From an uncultured Pseudomonadota bacterium (GTDB lineage Bacteria > Vulcanimicrobiota > Vulcanimicrobiia > Eremiobacterales > Eremiobacteraceae), in the NCBI GenBank assembly GCA_963736005.1, contig CAVTNB010000001.1, positions 1,472,001-1,536,000 on the forward strand: DNA of 64,000 nucleotides, read 5' to 3'. The notes beneath the pieces were generated by a model. It searched no databases, was not told where the DNA came from, and saw nothing but the letters and a program-made list of their open reading frames with translations. The translations under genes were made by a program, and so were the position numbers. Positions 20,009 to 30,605 of the stretch are shown piece by piece; the stretch's first letter is position 1, and the number at the start of each line of letters is the position of its first letter.

Positions 20009-20485
20009 GTGATTCGACTCACATTATATTCGCGGCCTCGTCTGCAACGCGGCTTCTCACTGATCGAGGCGCTCCTCGCAACCGTTATTTTGCTGCTCCT
20101 ATTCCTTGCGTGGGGCAGCGGTATGATCATCGCGACTGACGGCGAAAACAAAGCAGCGACGCACACGCAAGCGATCGCGACGGCGAACGAGATCCTTGAA
20201 TGGATGCGGCGCGACCCGGGTTTTTGGAACTCTCCCGGCGAGTATGTTGCTGGATCGTGTCCGCATTGCTGGCCCGCGACCTATAATGACACGGTGGGCG
20301 TCACCGCTCCGCAACCGTGCTCTGCGATCATTGTCGGTGCCTCACCCAACTGCTCTTTTAACTGGCTCGCGCTGGCTGATGCCAAATCAAGCGATCTCGC
20401 TCATCTTGCAGTTGTTGTTTTTTACAAAGGCGCCAATCATCAAACCGAACGCTACACCGTCATGGGAATGGCCCGCAAGACATGA
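20009..20485 (+). CDS. Type IV minor pilin (PilV-like)
   Basis: Class III signal QRG|FSLIE followed by a hydrophobic helix. Confidence 0.85.
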   Translation: MIRLTLYSRPRLQRGFSLIEALLATVILLLLFLAWGSGMIIATDGENKAATHTQAIATANEILEWMRRDPGFWNSPGEYVAGSCPHCWPATYNDTVGVTAPQPCSAIIVGASPNCSFNWLALADAKSSDLAHLAVVVFYKGANHQTERYTVMGMARKT

Positions 20486-21078
20486 TCGTGTCGCGAGGCG
20501 CACCCCAGCGCGGCACCACGATGGTCGAAGGGCTCATCACGGTCGGCATCATTAGCCTTATCTTGACCCTTACCACCGCGATGTTCATTCAAACGGTCCG
20601 TCACAGCGAGAAGACCATGACCGACCTGAGCGCCGAAAGCCAAGCTCGCATCGCCATGACGAAGGTTGCCAACGACCTGAGGCAAGCAATGCCTGCACCC
20701 GGGGCGGCGGGTCTCCCAGTCATATCACCGGTTGCGCCGACAACCGGAACGGCAACGCCGCAACCCTCGGTCACGTTCACTGAGGTTGACTCGCTGAGCG
20801 CAGCCAATTTTACAAACCCTCCGTTTGATACGGTCACCATCAGCTGGAACGTCCCTCAAAGCACGATCACAAGATCGGTCAATGGCGGACCTCCACAGGT
20901 GCTCGAGCACGACGTCACCGCGTTCTCGGTCCTCCCCTTGAATTTTGACGAATATCAAGTCAACCTGACTGTGGCGCCAACGCATCGCGCAGAAGTCTCT
21001 TCTCCACCGTTTACGGTTGTTTCAAGCATATTCATCAGTTACTACAAGACCAACAGCAGTCCAGGAGACGCTCCTTAA
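20482..21078 (+). CDS. Type IV minor pilin (PilW/PulJ-like)
   Basis: QRG|TTMVE; QARIAMTKVANDLRQA. Confidence 0.85.
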   Translation: MIVSRGAPQRGTTMVEGLITVGIISLILTLTTAMFIQTVRHSEKTMTDLSAESQARIAMTKVANDLRQAMPAPGAAGLPVISPVAPTTGTATPQPSVTFTEVDSLSAANFTNPPFDTVTISWNVPQSTITRSVNGGPPQVLEHDVTAFSVLPLNFDEYQVNLTVAPTHRAEVSSPPFTVVSSIFISYYKTNSSPGDAP

Positions 21079-22676
21079 TGAAGGCTTTGCCCTCTCGGCG
21101 TGGCGTCGCACTTATCACGGTGCTGTTTATCATGGTCATCCTCGTGATCCTCATCGGAGCTTTGCTGACCGTTATTCCAGCCGAACTCCGCGAGGTTGCT
21201 TTCACCGGCTACGACAATCGCGCGCTCTACGCGGCAGATGCAGGTATTGAAGCCCTCACGCAGGGCCTCCAGCTCGGCGACACGAGTCTCGGCGTTGGAT
21301 CGCTTGCCGCTCCAGATGGCAGCGCGTCTACGTACAACGCAACCGTCCTTGCGACAGCATCTGCCTGCGGAGTGCAGCAGAATCTCATTCAGTCGATCGG
21401 TACGTCACCGGCGGGCGATCAGCGCGAAGTCGCGGCAGTTGTGGTGCAGACAACTCTTTCCGACTATGGCCTGTGGGTCAACAACAATCCGGGCGGAGTG
21501 TACCTGGTCAGCGGCTACTCGCATTATGATGGAGCGGTCTATCTCGGTGGCGCCGCCTCTGACCCGCAGTTGGTCAACTACATTGTCGGGAATGCGCCAA
21601 TCTTTGACGATCAAGTGACGTTTGCGGGGACGAACAGCGTCAACTGGTTCGACAATAGCAAATCAACAAGCCAACCAGCCCAAACGAATGCGGGTGCATG
21701 GGCGGCCGTCGACGCAGGTGGTTACGCCAAGGTCACGGTGGGCGGTCAAACGGAAGGGTATCCCGGTTCGCAGCAAAGCCTCCAGCTCGCCAACGACGCA
21801 TACGGCACGCCGACTGGAACGGCGTACCCTGCGCCAAAGCAAGGCAAGACCGTGTACATGAACCAACAACCCGCGGGCGGCCCAGGCGGCAATTTGACGT
21901 CAGGCATCTACGTCCAAGGCGATTCCAACATTACCATGTCCTCATCCACCGTCGGTTCCTCACCCTCGACGATGACGTGGGCATTCACTCCGGTGTCGGG
22001 GGATGCAAACAGTATTGCCGACCCGGTCACGGTCGCCGTGAACTATACCACCAATTCGACGACCATCAGCGACACGACGACCAAGAAGAGCACGACCTAC
22101 ACGGGGGTTCCCGCGCAAACCACGACCGCCAACTCAAATAGTGGCATCGTGTTCGATGACGGCAAAGTTCAAGACGTTGCAGGCACGTACAATGGCTCGT
22201 ACACGCTTGCGGTTCCCGATGACGGCACCACTGACGACGCCATCTACGTGGCGAACAGCATCACTGCACACGATAATCCCCAGACGAATGCGACGAGCGC
22301 TGACGAGTTTGGCTTGTATGCCAACGATATTTATATTGACGACAAAAGCAAGTCGATACCATACAATCTCACGCTCCAAGCGGCGCTCGTTACCGGCAAC
22401 GCATCCGAAGTTGCCAGTGCGGCGAACGATGGCACGTTTACCACCCGAGACAGCGCGGCGAATTTGCCGCTGTACGGAAAGGTTACGCTGTACGGCAGTC
22501 TGGCGGAAAACATCTACGGCGAAACCTATACCTGGCAAGGCAACACTCAATTGAGCGGGTGGGCAAAGAACTTTCTGGCAGATCCTCGCTTCTCGACCTG
22601 CCCGCCACCCGGGTCACCAGTCGTGAGCCCCGATGGCTGGCATCTCGTCGCTTGGAAGGATGAGGGGACGCCCTAG
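21078..22676 (+). CDS. Large PilX-like minor pilin/adhesin
   Basis: RRG|VALIT lacking Glu5; ALYAADAGIE; C-terminal DPRF..PP..P..W.E. Confidence 0.8.
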   Translation: MKALPSRRGVALITVLFIMVILVILIGALLTVIPAELREVAFTGYDNRALYAADAGIEALTQGLQLGDTSLGVGSLAAPDGSASTYNATVLATASACGVQQNLIQSIGTSPAGDQREVAAVVVQTTLSDYGLWVNNNPGGVYLVSGYSHYDGAVYLGGAASDPQLVNYIVGNAPIFDDQVTFAGTNSVNWFDNSKSTSQPAQTNAGAWAAVDAGGYAKVTVGGQTEGYPGSQQSLQLANDAYGTPTGTAYPAPKQGKTVYMNQQPAGGPGGNLTSGIYVQGDSNITMSSSTVGSSPSTMTWAFTPVSGDANSIADPVTVAVNYTTNSTTISDTTTKKSTTYTGVPAQTTTANSNSGIVFDDGKVQDVAGTYNGSYTLAVPDDGTTDDAIYVANSITAHDNPQTNATSADEFGLYANDIYIDDKSKSIPYNLTLQAALVTGNASEVASAANDGTFTTRDSAANLPLYGKVTLYGSLAENIYGETYTWQGNTQLSGWAKNFLADPRFSTCPPPGSPVVSPDGWHLVAWKDEGTP

Positions 22677-22723
22677 GCTGTCGAACAGCGCGGTCCCCAA
22701 CCCTCCCGAGAAAAGGATCTGTC

Positions 22724-23308
22724 ATGGGCAAACTTCGCCGCTGCAGTTGGGCCGAAGGCGATCCAGCCTATACCGCCTATCACGATCGAGAGTGGGGACG
22801 CCCATCGCACGATGATCGGCGGCTCTTCGAGTTCCTCACTCTCGAGGGAGCCCAAGCTGGACTTTCCTGGCTTACGATTCTGCGCAAGCGCGAAAACTAT
22901 CGCGAGGCATTTGCGGGTTTCGATCCGGTCAAAGTCGCGCGTTTTGGCTCAAAAACAGTCAACTCGCTCCTGCGCAATCCCGGAATCGTCCGCAACCGCC
23001 TAAAGGTGCAATCGACCGTCAACAACGCTCGTGTATTCCTTCGCCTCGCGCAAGAGTATGGCAGTTTTGACTGCTATGTATGGCGATTCATCGGCGGCAA
23101 ACCCAGGATCAATCGCTTTCGCAGGCTCGGTGACATTCCGCCATTCACGCCCGAATCGGAAGCTCTCAGCCGGGATCTGCGGCAACATGGCTTTAGCTTT
23201 GTTGGCCCGGGCATCTGCTATTCGTTCATGCAGGCGTGTGGTTTAGTCAACGACCATGTCGCAGAGTGCTTTTTGCACGGCCGCCAGCTCCGACCGGCGC
23301 GCACCTAA
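22724..23308 (+). CDS. tag: DNA-3-methyladenine glycosylase I
   Basis: YHDREWG, LEGAQAGLSW, IVRNRLK, FVGP..CYSFMQA, NDH...C. Confidence 0.95.
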   Translation: MGKLRRCSWAEGDPAYTAYHDREWGRPSHDDRRLFEFLTLEGAQAGLSWLTILRKRENYREAFAGFDPVKVARFGSKTVNSLLRNPGIVRNRLKVQSTVNNARVFLRLAQEYGSFDCYVWRFIGGKPRINRFRRLGDIPPFTPESEALSRDLRQHGFSFVGPGICYSFMQACGLVNDHVAECFLHGRQLRPART

Positions 23309-24088
23309 CTACTGGACGACGATGGGTACCGCTATGGTGTTGCCCGCTTCGTCAGTAACGTGAACGGTGCAGGAGCCGACAGCCAGCGGTTTGACAGAAT
23401 AGGTCGCAGACGCATCGCTGGTGGCGGCCACAAAGACTGAGGCGACTTTGGTGCAGTCATCGGTTTCTTTGAACGCGGCAACGCGCGCGGGGCTTGTGAC
23501 GAGAAAAAGCGCAGAACTCGTCGCACTGTCGACAGTCAAGCTCGCCGGAGTGGCAGACAGTGGAGTGGACGTTTGAGCGGAAGCAGCTGCTGGTTGGACT
23601 GCCGGGACGGGCTGACCCTTGCGCCAGATCGTGCCATCGGCAAACGTCACCGAAGCGACATCGCAGGAAACCTTGGGTGCGATAAACTGCGGCAGTAAGA
23701 ACGCTTGACCTTGGCCATTTCGGTATTGATGCTTAATCGAAACACCGGGCGAGAACGTCCCAACATCTCGAATGACAAATTGATCGCCCGCTGACTGAAC
23801 ATCGAAATTCACCAGCGTCGCCGGCTTGTTAGATTCGTTCACGAACTCAATCGCGATCCCAGTGCTGGCAGCCGCCGGAATGGGGATGCCCGCAATGGTC
23901 GTTTGAGAGTTCTTATCCAGAATCGGGCCGCAGCTATTGATCGTCACCGGTGGCACGCTGGCGTCAGCAACGATCGTGGGTGTGGCTGAGCTTTGGCTCG
24001 AAAAGCAGCTCACCACAACAAGAGTGGTGAGCACTCCCAGGGCGCTTGCGGTGCGACGCGAGGCGGTTTCCACGAACGATCGACGCAT
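23309..24088 (-). CDS. Hypothetical secreted protein
   Basis: Signal peptide; GTFSPGVSIKH, V.FADGT.W. Confidence 0.65.
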   Translation of the reverse strand: MRRSFVETASRRTASALGVLTTLVVVSCFSSQSSATPTIVADASVPPVTINSCGPILDKNSQTTIAGIPIPAAASTGIAIEFVNESNKPATLVNFDVQSAGDQFVIRDVGTFSPGVSIKHQYRNGQGQAFLLPQFIAPKVSCDVASVTFADGTIWRKGQPVPAVQPAAASAQTSTPLSATPASLTVDSATSSALFLVTSPARVAAFKETDDCTKVASVFVAATSDASATYSVKPLAVGSCTVHVTDEAGNTIAVPIVVQ

Positions 24089-24156
24089 GTGCATACCTTT
24101 CATCAACGTGAAGTACGCGATGATTCGCAGGGCGCTACGGCTTTAGCCTGCCGGCC

Positions 24157-24735
24157 TCACAAATGCTCGAGCAAACTTGGTTCGCTGAGCACGTCATACA
24201 CGACCAAACCACCGTGCACGCGTGCGCCTTCGGTCACTCGGTGCGCCGCGAGTTTGTCATCGTGGAAGAGATCCTGCACGGCCACGCCACGCGTGAGCAC
24301 GGCAGCATCAGCGATCAGGCGACGGTGGCAACGCCACCATAGGGTTTCCGAACACATGATTGCCGTTCGAGCCACTACCGCTTCGTCGAGGAGCTCATCG
24401 AAAGCGTGCCAAAAAGGCGGCGTCTGCATGTAGTCGGCGTAACCGCGAAACGCCGGATGCCTCAGCGCGATGTTCTTTGAGTCAAGGCGGGGCCGACGAA
24501 AACCGCCCAGTCTTTGCTCCCAGCGGTACGACAAGCCAGCCGCGGGGATCCAATCCTGCATGGCTTCGCGCGCGAATTGAGGATTATGCTTGCTCTTTGG
24601 CACCGTACGGACGTCAACGATATGTTTGATGCGTGCATTGAGGGCGAGGGCGATAAACGCTTCGATCGTCAGCGTGCCGTGTCCCAAGGTGAGCAAGTGG
24701 ACTCCGCTTTGGCCCGGACCGAGCTCGTCTGTCAT
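24157..24735 (-). CDS. DUF488 family protein
   Basis: TLGHG, VDVR..P.S, LGG.R, MCSE..WWRCHRRLIAD. Confidence 0.85.
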   Translation of the reverse strand: MTDELGPGQSGVHLLTLGHGTLTIEAFIALALNARIKHIVDVRTVPKSKHNPQFAREAMQDWIPAAGLSYRWEQRLGGFRRPRLDSKNIALRHPAFRGYADYMQTPPFWHAFDELLDEAVVARTAIMCSETLWWRCHRRLIADAAVLTRGVAVQDLFHDDKLAAHRVTEGARVHGGLVVYDVLSEPSLLEHL

Positions 24736-24879
24736 AGGTCTTCCCATACCGTCCTCTATAATGTACCCTGACAACCGCGAAAATCTCGCATGAGGCGGGG
24801 CTTATTTGGCAGCCTAGAGCCTTTAATGTACTAGCTCGGTCTCGCTCAAACTCACGATATCTCGAGGGAGCTGGCGCGT

Positions 24880-25539
24880 ATGATTCCACTGGGCGATGTC
24901 TCGCGACGCCCCACAGATTTCCCCGTCATTACCCTCTCGATTATCATAATCAACGTCATCGTTTTCATTTTGGAATTGACGAACGGTGATGCTTTTGTGA
25001 CCACGTGGTCATTGGTGCCGGCAGATGTTTCTGCGGGCCATCACTTGATCACGATTCTCACGGCGATGTTCATGCACGCCAGCTGGTCGCACATCATAGG
25101 CAACATGGTGTTCTTGTGGGCCTTTGGCCCAGAGATCGAGGATGCGATGGGACCGTGGCGCTATTCGGTTTTCTACCTGATTGGTGGCGTCGTTGCAATG
25201 CTCGTGCAAGTGGCGTTCGATCCGCATTCCACGGTCCCAAACCTGGGCGCGAGTGGTGCGATTGCCGCCGTGATGGGCGGGTTCTTGGTCACATACCCGC
25301 GCGATCAGATTCGCACGCTTTTGTTCCTCTTCGTGTTTGTGCGGGTGACCTACATCTCGGCTGCGCTCTTGATCGCGATCTGGTTCGTCCTTCAGCTTTT
25401 GAGCATCGGCTCGGTAGCAACGGCGCAAGCAGGCGGAGTGGCGTACCTGGCTCACGTTGGCGGCTTTATCTTCGGGGCTGTTGCAGCGCGTCTGTTTGAG
25501 AACCCACAGCGCATCGCTCAGCAACAGGAATTCGACTAA
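24880..25539 (+). CDS. Rhomboid intramembrane serine protease
   Basis: FMHASWSHIIGNM, GASG, AHVGG. Confidence 0.95.
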   Translation: MIPLGDVSRRPTDFPVITLSIIIINVIVFILELTNGDAFVTTWSLVPADVSAGHHLITILTAMFMHASWSHIIGNMVFLWAFGPEIEDAMGPWRYSVFYLIGGVVAMLVQVAFDPHSTVPNLGASGAIAAVMGGFLVTYPRDQIRTLLFLFVFVRVTYISAALLIAIWFVLQLLSIGSVATAQAGGVAYLAHVGGFIFGAVAARLFENPQRIAQQQEFD

Positions 25540-25544
25540 TTCAC

Positions 25545-26222
25545 ATGCGGACTCTGATGACGGCGCTTGCCGGCGGGCTGCTCATCTTCGCGTGCTTTGG
25601 AGCAACGCCAAACGTGAGTGCGACGGTGCCTCCAACACCAACGGTCGATGATATTCTCGGGCGCATGGTGGCGGCCCGCAAAGATCTCAATTCCTATTCG
25701 GTGCCCGTTCACTTCGATGTCGGGATCCAAAAGCCAATTAGCGTGACCCTGCCACTTGATGGTGTTCGTTACTTCGAGCGGCCGGACAAGGAGGCGCTCG
25801 TTATGCAGTCGGTGCCCGCCCTCGCCCAAGCCTTTCAGCGGACGTATGCAGGACTGGGCACCGCGGAAACATGGCCGCAGCGGTATGACCTCAGTGTTGT
25901 TGCTCCCGACCGAACCGCCAGCGCAACAATGTACGAGCTCAAGGGCATTCCAAAAAACGGCGGCAACGTCGCGTACATTTTGATCGACGTTGCTCGAGAT
26001 TCGGCTGTGCCGGTGCGAGCTCGTTGGTTCTATCGCAATGGGGCCACGATCGACATGGCGATCGAGAACGCCCTGGCTGGGAACGGGTATTTGCTTCCAA
26101 AAACCGAAACGCTGGACATCGTGTTCCCGTCATACGTGGGCCATGCGGTCGCCCATTATGGTGACTATGCAATCAACCAGCCAATCCCCGCCTCGGTGTG
26201 GGAGAGTTCGCCGCCCCCGTAA
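25545..26222 (+). CDS. Secreted LolA-like fold hypothetical protein
   Basis: Signal peptide; YELKGIPK, Y.DY.INQ.IP..V pattern. Confidence 0.55.
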   Translation: MRTLMTALAGGLLIFACFGATPNVSATVPPTPTVDDILGRMVAARKDLNSYSVPVHFDVGIQKPISVTLPLDGVRYFERPDKEALVMQSVPALAQAFQRTYAGLGTAETWPQRYDLSVVAPDRTASATMYELKGIPKNGGNVAYILIDVARDSAVPVRARWFYRNGATIDMAIENALAGNGYLLPKTETLDIVFPSYVGHAVAHYGDYAINQPIPASVWESSPPP

Positions 26223-26292
26223 TGATTCGGCTTGGCCTTTCGTTATCAAGTCACGGCGGTCGCCGTATATTATCCTCACATAAGGAGTCCAC

Positions 26293-26634
26293 ATGAAGTT
26301 CATTCGCGTCGCAATGATGCCACTTATCGCTGCTGTCGGCATGCTCGTTCCAAACACGGCATTCGCTGCATCAACGTTCTATGGCATTACAACACACGTT
26401 TCAGTCAACAGCATCAAGGTCCAGAACCCGCAGTCCCATCAGACCCTGAGCTTTGAGATCCTTCCGAAATTCGACCAGATCTTCTCGGCGGATGGGAAGA
26501 CGACATATCAAATGAAGGCAATCCACGCCGGTCAGTACGTCGGCATCATCTACGATCAAAAGGCGCTCGGTATGCGTCATGCCGACAAAATCTATCTTCT
26601 CACCAACGCCAACCAAAAAATCATGGGTCAGTAA
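26293..26634 (+). CDS. Small secreted hypothetical protein
   Basis: TAAGGAG RBS, signal peptide ending AFA. Confidence 0.75.
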   Translation: MKFIRVAMMPLIAAVGMLVPNTAFAASTFYGITTHVSVNSIKVQNPQSHQTLSFEILPKFDQIFSADGKTTYQMKAIHAGQYVGIIYDQKALGMRHADKIYLLTNANQKIMGQ

Positions 26635-26649
26635 CCCGGCCAATCGCAT

Positions 26650-26679
26650 AAGCAACGCCGCCTCAGGGCGGCGTTGCTT
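26650..26679 (+). terminator. Hairpin terminator
   Basis: AAGCAACGCCGCC-TCAG-GGCGGCGTTGCTT. Confidence 0.6.
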
Positions 26680-26704
26680 CATATCTCGCACGCAGCCGAC
26701 GGAT

Positions 26705-26757
26705 GTAGTGTCGCTAATTCATTCGCGATGAGCGCGCGAGTGAATTCGCGCGATTAC
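26705..26757. repeat. Inverted pair of degenerate REP A/A' copies
   Basis: GTAGTGTCGCTAATTCATTCGCGA ... GCGCGCGAGTGAATTCGCGCGATTAC. Confidence 0.75.
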
Positions 26758-26785
26758 ATCTTCCTCTTCATGCCGGTGACGGGCG

Positions 26786-28237
26786 TTAGCTAATCGTCAC
26801 TTGTCCTCGATAGGTGAGCGGTAGCAGCTGCGTAAGATCGGACGAAAGCGTGTGCGCATCGAGTTCGACGGTGTAGCGGCCGGCTGGGAACGATGTGCGC
26901 CGAGTAACGCGCGCAAATCCATAGGTGATTGGGGCGTTGTAGCCGCCGACCACGGGGGAATCGGCACGCAGTGGTGTCACGCGGAGCGTAATGAGTTGTA
27001 CTGGTTGCGCGAAGTCAAGTTCAAAGGTAGCGAACGACTCGCCGTTGTCATCGCCCCGAACGGCTTCAATGATTCTCGCTGCGGGCGCGCCGGGATTCGG
27101 AGAGCTGAGCGTCACGGTACTGGGATACGCAAAGAATGGCGGAATTGGGTACGCAATCGCGCCGAATCCCTGCGAGGCGTAAAATGACTCGTAGGCCCAC
27201 CACAGTCGACCCTGCATGAGCGTGTCCGTGGCGCTAAGATAAGGCCAGTCTCTTCCGAAGCTGTTTTGGATCAAAAATGCTCCAGTGTGGCCGAGCGAGT
27301 CGTCGTAACCGACGATCACTTGCCCGTGCCCGGATCCTTTCTTGAAGCTTGCGGATGCGGGCGCGAAAGCGCCATTGACCATCGTGGTGGCTGGGTTGTC
27401 GTATCCTTGAGCAACGAGACCGGAAAACGCAATGGCATGCCCTGCGTTGATGTACTGCTTCATAAGGGTGAGGTACATCGACTGTCCATTGAGGAAGTTA
27501 GGAAGCGTCTTATAACTGCCGATCTTAAATTTGCCGATACCGGAGTAACTGTCGATGCTAGTTGTGATTCCGTCGATGTAAGCGCAATCAGGTTTATACG
27601 GGACCTGCGCCGCACTTGGAGCCCCCTCTGCGATGAGTAATCCGAGGTACGGCAGCGCCTTCGACCCCTGGCATTTGCGTTTGGGCGACGTCATGTTGAC
27701 CGTGCTGGTCGAACCGGTAGTTCCGGCTGAACCCTCGCCCTCGTCCGCAATGAATTGATCCTTCTCAGGCGGATACTGCGCAAAGCCAGCGCGCCTTTGC
27801 GCCCACGAGAAAAGCCACGCCGCGCTAATGCGGTTGGCGCGTTCGGACGGATCGAATCCCGGGTACCCTCGCGCAGCGGTGTACGTTCCTAAGCCATATC
27901 CGAAGGAACAGGCCTCGCAGCTTCCCGGAAATCCCAGGGACTTGTTCGTCCCTTGCATGATGATGGGCGGCAGTCCAGTGAGGACGTGTTGATGATCCGG
28001 GCCGGTTCTTACGATCGAGCGCATAGCGGTCTGCGAGGCGAACAGGGCCAAAATCGCCGGCTTGAGCGCGTGGGGTGCTCGGTCAAACTCCTCGCGATTC
28101 AGGAGCGATCCAAAACGTCCCGACGGATCGATGTGGCCGCGAACGGGCTGCGCAAGAATCGCGGCAGGTTTGAGAGCCGCGAGAGTTGCCGCGGCAGCGC
28201 TGCGAGCGAGAAAGGTGCGACGATCAATCGTACTCAT
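26786..28237 (-). CDS. Tat-exported papain-like (C1) cysteine peptidase
   Basis: DRRTFL; QG...GSC; GHGQVIVGYDD; IQNSFG. Confidence 0.85.
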   Translation of the reverse strand: MSTIDRRTFLARSAAAATLAALKPAAILAQPVRGHIDPSGRFGSLLNREEFDRAPHALKPAILALFASQTAMRSIVRTGPDHQHVLTGLPPIIMQGTNKSLGFPGSCEACSFGYGLGTYTAARGYPGFDPSERANRISAAWLFSWAQRRAGFAQYPPEKDQFIADEGEGSAGTTGSTSTVNMTSPKRKCQGSKALPYLGLLIAEGAPSAAQVPYKPDCAYIDGITTSIDSYSGIGKFKIGSYKTLPNFLNGQSMYLTLMKQYINAGHAIAFSGLVAQGYDNPATTMVNGAFAPASASFKKGSGHGQVIVGYDDSLGHTGAFLIQNSFGRDWPYLSATDTLMQGRLWWAYESFYASQGFGAIAYPIPPFFAYPSTVTLSSPNPGAPAARIIEAVRGDDNGESFATFELDFAQPVQLITLRVTPLRADSPVVGGYNAPITYGFARVTRRTSFPAGRYTVELDAHTLSSDLTQLLPLTYRGQVTIS

Positions 28238-28243
28238 CCGAAA

Positions 28244-29833
28244 TTACTCCTCAATATTCGAATGCCCAGTTGTGCCAAGCAGCTGAGTCTCGATCGTCTC
28301 CAAATCGAGCAGCCGTTGAATGCGCCGCAAGACCGTGTTGTCGATCTTGCCATCCTCGCGCAGTCCAATGAGCTTTTTTCTTTGAACGTCCAGCAGCTCT
28401 AATTCAGTTTTCCGATAGGCTGCAGTCAGATGCGCGGCCCCATCTTCGCGGCCACCAGTGCCGAACTCCGCCCATCTCGCCCGAAATCGCTTCCGAAGCA
28501 ATTCCAAAATACCATGAGGAACCGTGCCCTGCCGTTCGAGTTCGTCGATATGCTTAAGCGCAGCTCGTGCCGTCACCGCTAGCGCGATTCGTTCTTCTTT
28601 CTCATCCGCTCCATCGTCCTTGACCCGGAGCTTCCTAATGACATAGGGTAGCGATCCCCCTTGCCCAACCAAGGTTGCAAGTAAAACACCAAACGTGATA
28701 AAGATCAACAAATCGCGAAACGGGAAAGGTCCGGCTATCGTCTCGAGGGGAATCGCAAGCGCCGCCGCCAGTGAGACACCCCCGCGCATCCCACACCACG
28801 CCAGAATAGCGACGTGCGACCAGTCCGCCTTTCCTTCGACATGCTCCGGCTCGTTCGTGGCAGGTAGCAGCCCTTGCGCAAACGTCCACAACAATCGTAC
28901 GAGGATACACGCCGCAGCAACCGCGCCCGCCCACCAGATGAGCTGGCCGGCAGAATACTCATGCAACCTCAACACAATCTGATGAAAGCCGATGCCCACT
29001 TCGACAAAAATAAACGCGTTGAGCAGAAAGACGATCGTTACCCAAAAGCCCGTGAGCAGTTCGCGCGCTCGCGGCTGCATGACGATCGGCGAGAAGCGGC
29101 TGACGAAGATGCCGGCCGTCACGGTGGCTAAGACGCCTGAAGCACCTATATAATATGCTGGCAGATAGGCTAAGAATGGGATAACGACCGAGATCGTCCC
29201 CTGCAGGGTATCATCCTTGAGAAAGTGCCAGGCCAACACCGCAAGACCGCCAGCAGCCAAGCCGATCGCCACAGCCACGACGACCGAGAGCGCTAGGGCT
29301 CCAAACGCATGGAGGAGTGAGAACGATGCACCAACCACCGCCGCGATCCCGACGCCGTACAAAATCAGCGACGTGGCGTCATTGACCAAGCTTTCGCCTT
29401 CGATCGTCCCAATGACGTGCCGCGGAATGCTGAACTGATCGGCGATCGCCGCGAAGGCGACTTCATCTGTAGACGACACGATGGCGCCCAGCACAAATGC
29501 TACGCCCCAACTCATGCCGGGTACGATCGCATGCGCAACGACCGCGACCACGACCGTCGTGACGACAACCAAGCCGAACGCCATCTGGAAAATCCACAAC
29601 GCGCTCGAGCGAAACTCGCTCGTTGGAGCAGTGACGCTTTCCCAATAGAGCAACGGCGGCAAGAAGACAACGAGTACGAGGTCAGGCCGCAGCGGAAACG
29701 TGGGCACGTGAGGAATAAAACCGATCGCCATGCCGCCCAGCACCAGCACAATTGGATAGGCGACGTTGATCCGGTTCGCAATCGTCACCAAGACGATGAT
29801 CGCGACAAAAATGACGACGAGCGCGGTCGTCAC
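28244..29833 (-). CDS. Na+/H+ antiporter, CPA1 family
   Basis: FLPPLL, GESLVNDA, GMRGGVSLAAAL, RLLDLE. Confidence 0.93.
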   Translation of the reverse strand: MTTALVVIFVAIIVLVTIANRINVAYPIVLVLGGMAIGFIPHVPTFPLRPDLVLVVFLPPLLYWESVTAPTSEFRSSALWIFQMAFGLVVVTTVVVAVVAHAIVPGMSWGVAFVLGAIVSSTDEVAFAAIADQFSIPRHVIGTIEGESLVNDATSLILYGVGIAAVVGASFSLLHAFGALALSVVVAVAIGLAAGGLAVLAWHFLKDDTLQGTISVVIPFLAYLPAYYIGASGVLATVTAGIFVSRFSPIVMQPRARELLTGFWVTIVFLLNAFIFVEVGIGFHQIVLRLHEYSAGQLIWWAGAVAAACILVRLLWTFAQGLLPATNEPEHVEGKADWSHVAILAWCGMRGGVSLAAALAIPLETIAGPFPFRDLLIFITFGVLLATLVGQGGSLPYVIRKLRVKDDGADEKEERIALAVTARAALKHIDELERQGTVPHGILELLRKRFRARWAEFGTGGREDGAAHLTAAYRKTELELLDVQRKKLIGLREDGKIDNTVLRRIQRLLDLETIETQLLGTTGHSNIEE

Positions 29834-29948
29834 AGCTCTTTCCCTCCGGGCTCCCGGCCTACGCCGAAAACGACGCTAACTCCCACCGGCCTCCATGGGA
29901 TCCGCGGGGTTACAAGTGGCCTTTTTTGGGGACAAGCAATGGGGAGAT

Positions 29949-30566
29949 ATGCATTTGCGACGGATCGCTTTGGTCGTCCCAGCTGTTCTTAGCATCCTTG
30001 TGTGCCTTAGCTCGTGTGGTCGCGTCTCACCGACGAAGACAAGCCTTGATGTGACACCCTGCGCTGGCTATCGTTGGCCCGTTAAAATCGGAATCGATCG
30101 CGGTGCGAAAACAATGAATCTCACGCCACAGATGACAACCATTGCCGCGCTCGACGGGATCGCTTTGACCCATTTACCACTTGACTCCCGATCCATCCCC
30201 GCGGAAACGACAGTCTACGAGTTGCAAAATGTCATTCTCCTAGAAACCGACACTCAACCTGACCTTGACTACCATCTCATCGTGAGGGATAAGACTGGGA
30301 AGAGGATCACGCTTGAATCTCCCAATCCTTCTTGCCCCGGGCGGAGTGCTTTTGCAAAACAGATCGCGGCTGTCAGGCACACGCTGGATACGCTCAAGCC
30401 CCCGGTCGGAACCGTCTTGAACGTCACCGGGGTTGGTTTTTATGACGCACTTGGAAGTGGGGGCATGGAGTTGCATCCGCTCCTCTCGATCTGTGTCGGC
30501 CGAAATTGTCGCCCAGACTCGGCGACAAATGGTGGCCGGGCTTCCCCAGCGAACGCCCATAGCTGA
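29949..30566 (+). CDS. Lipoprotein, OB-fold-like
   Basis: Lipobox LSSC; RWPVK, DLDYHL, VTGVGFYD, ELHP. Confidence 0.7.
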   Translation: MHLRRIALVVPAVLSILVCLSSCGRVSPTKTSLDVTPCAGYRWPVKIGIDRGAKTMNLTPQMTTIAALDGIALTHLPLDSRSIPAETTVYELQNVILLETDTQPDLDYHLIVRDKTGKRITLESPNPSCPGRSAFAKQIAAVRHTLDTLKPPVGTVLNVTGVGFYDALGSGGMELHPLLSICVGRNCRPDSATNGGRASPANAHS

Positions 30567-30605
30567 TTCAGGGTGCCTTGCTCGCCAAGTCATGGAGAAC
30601 TTGAG

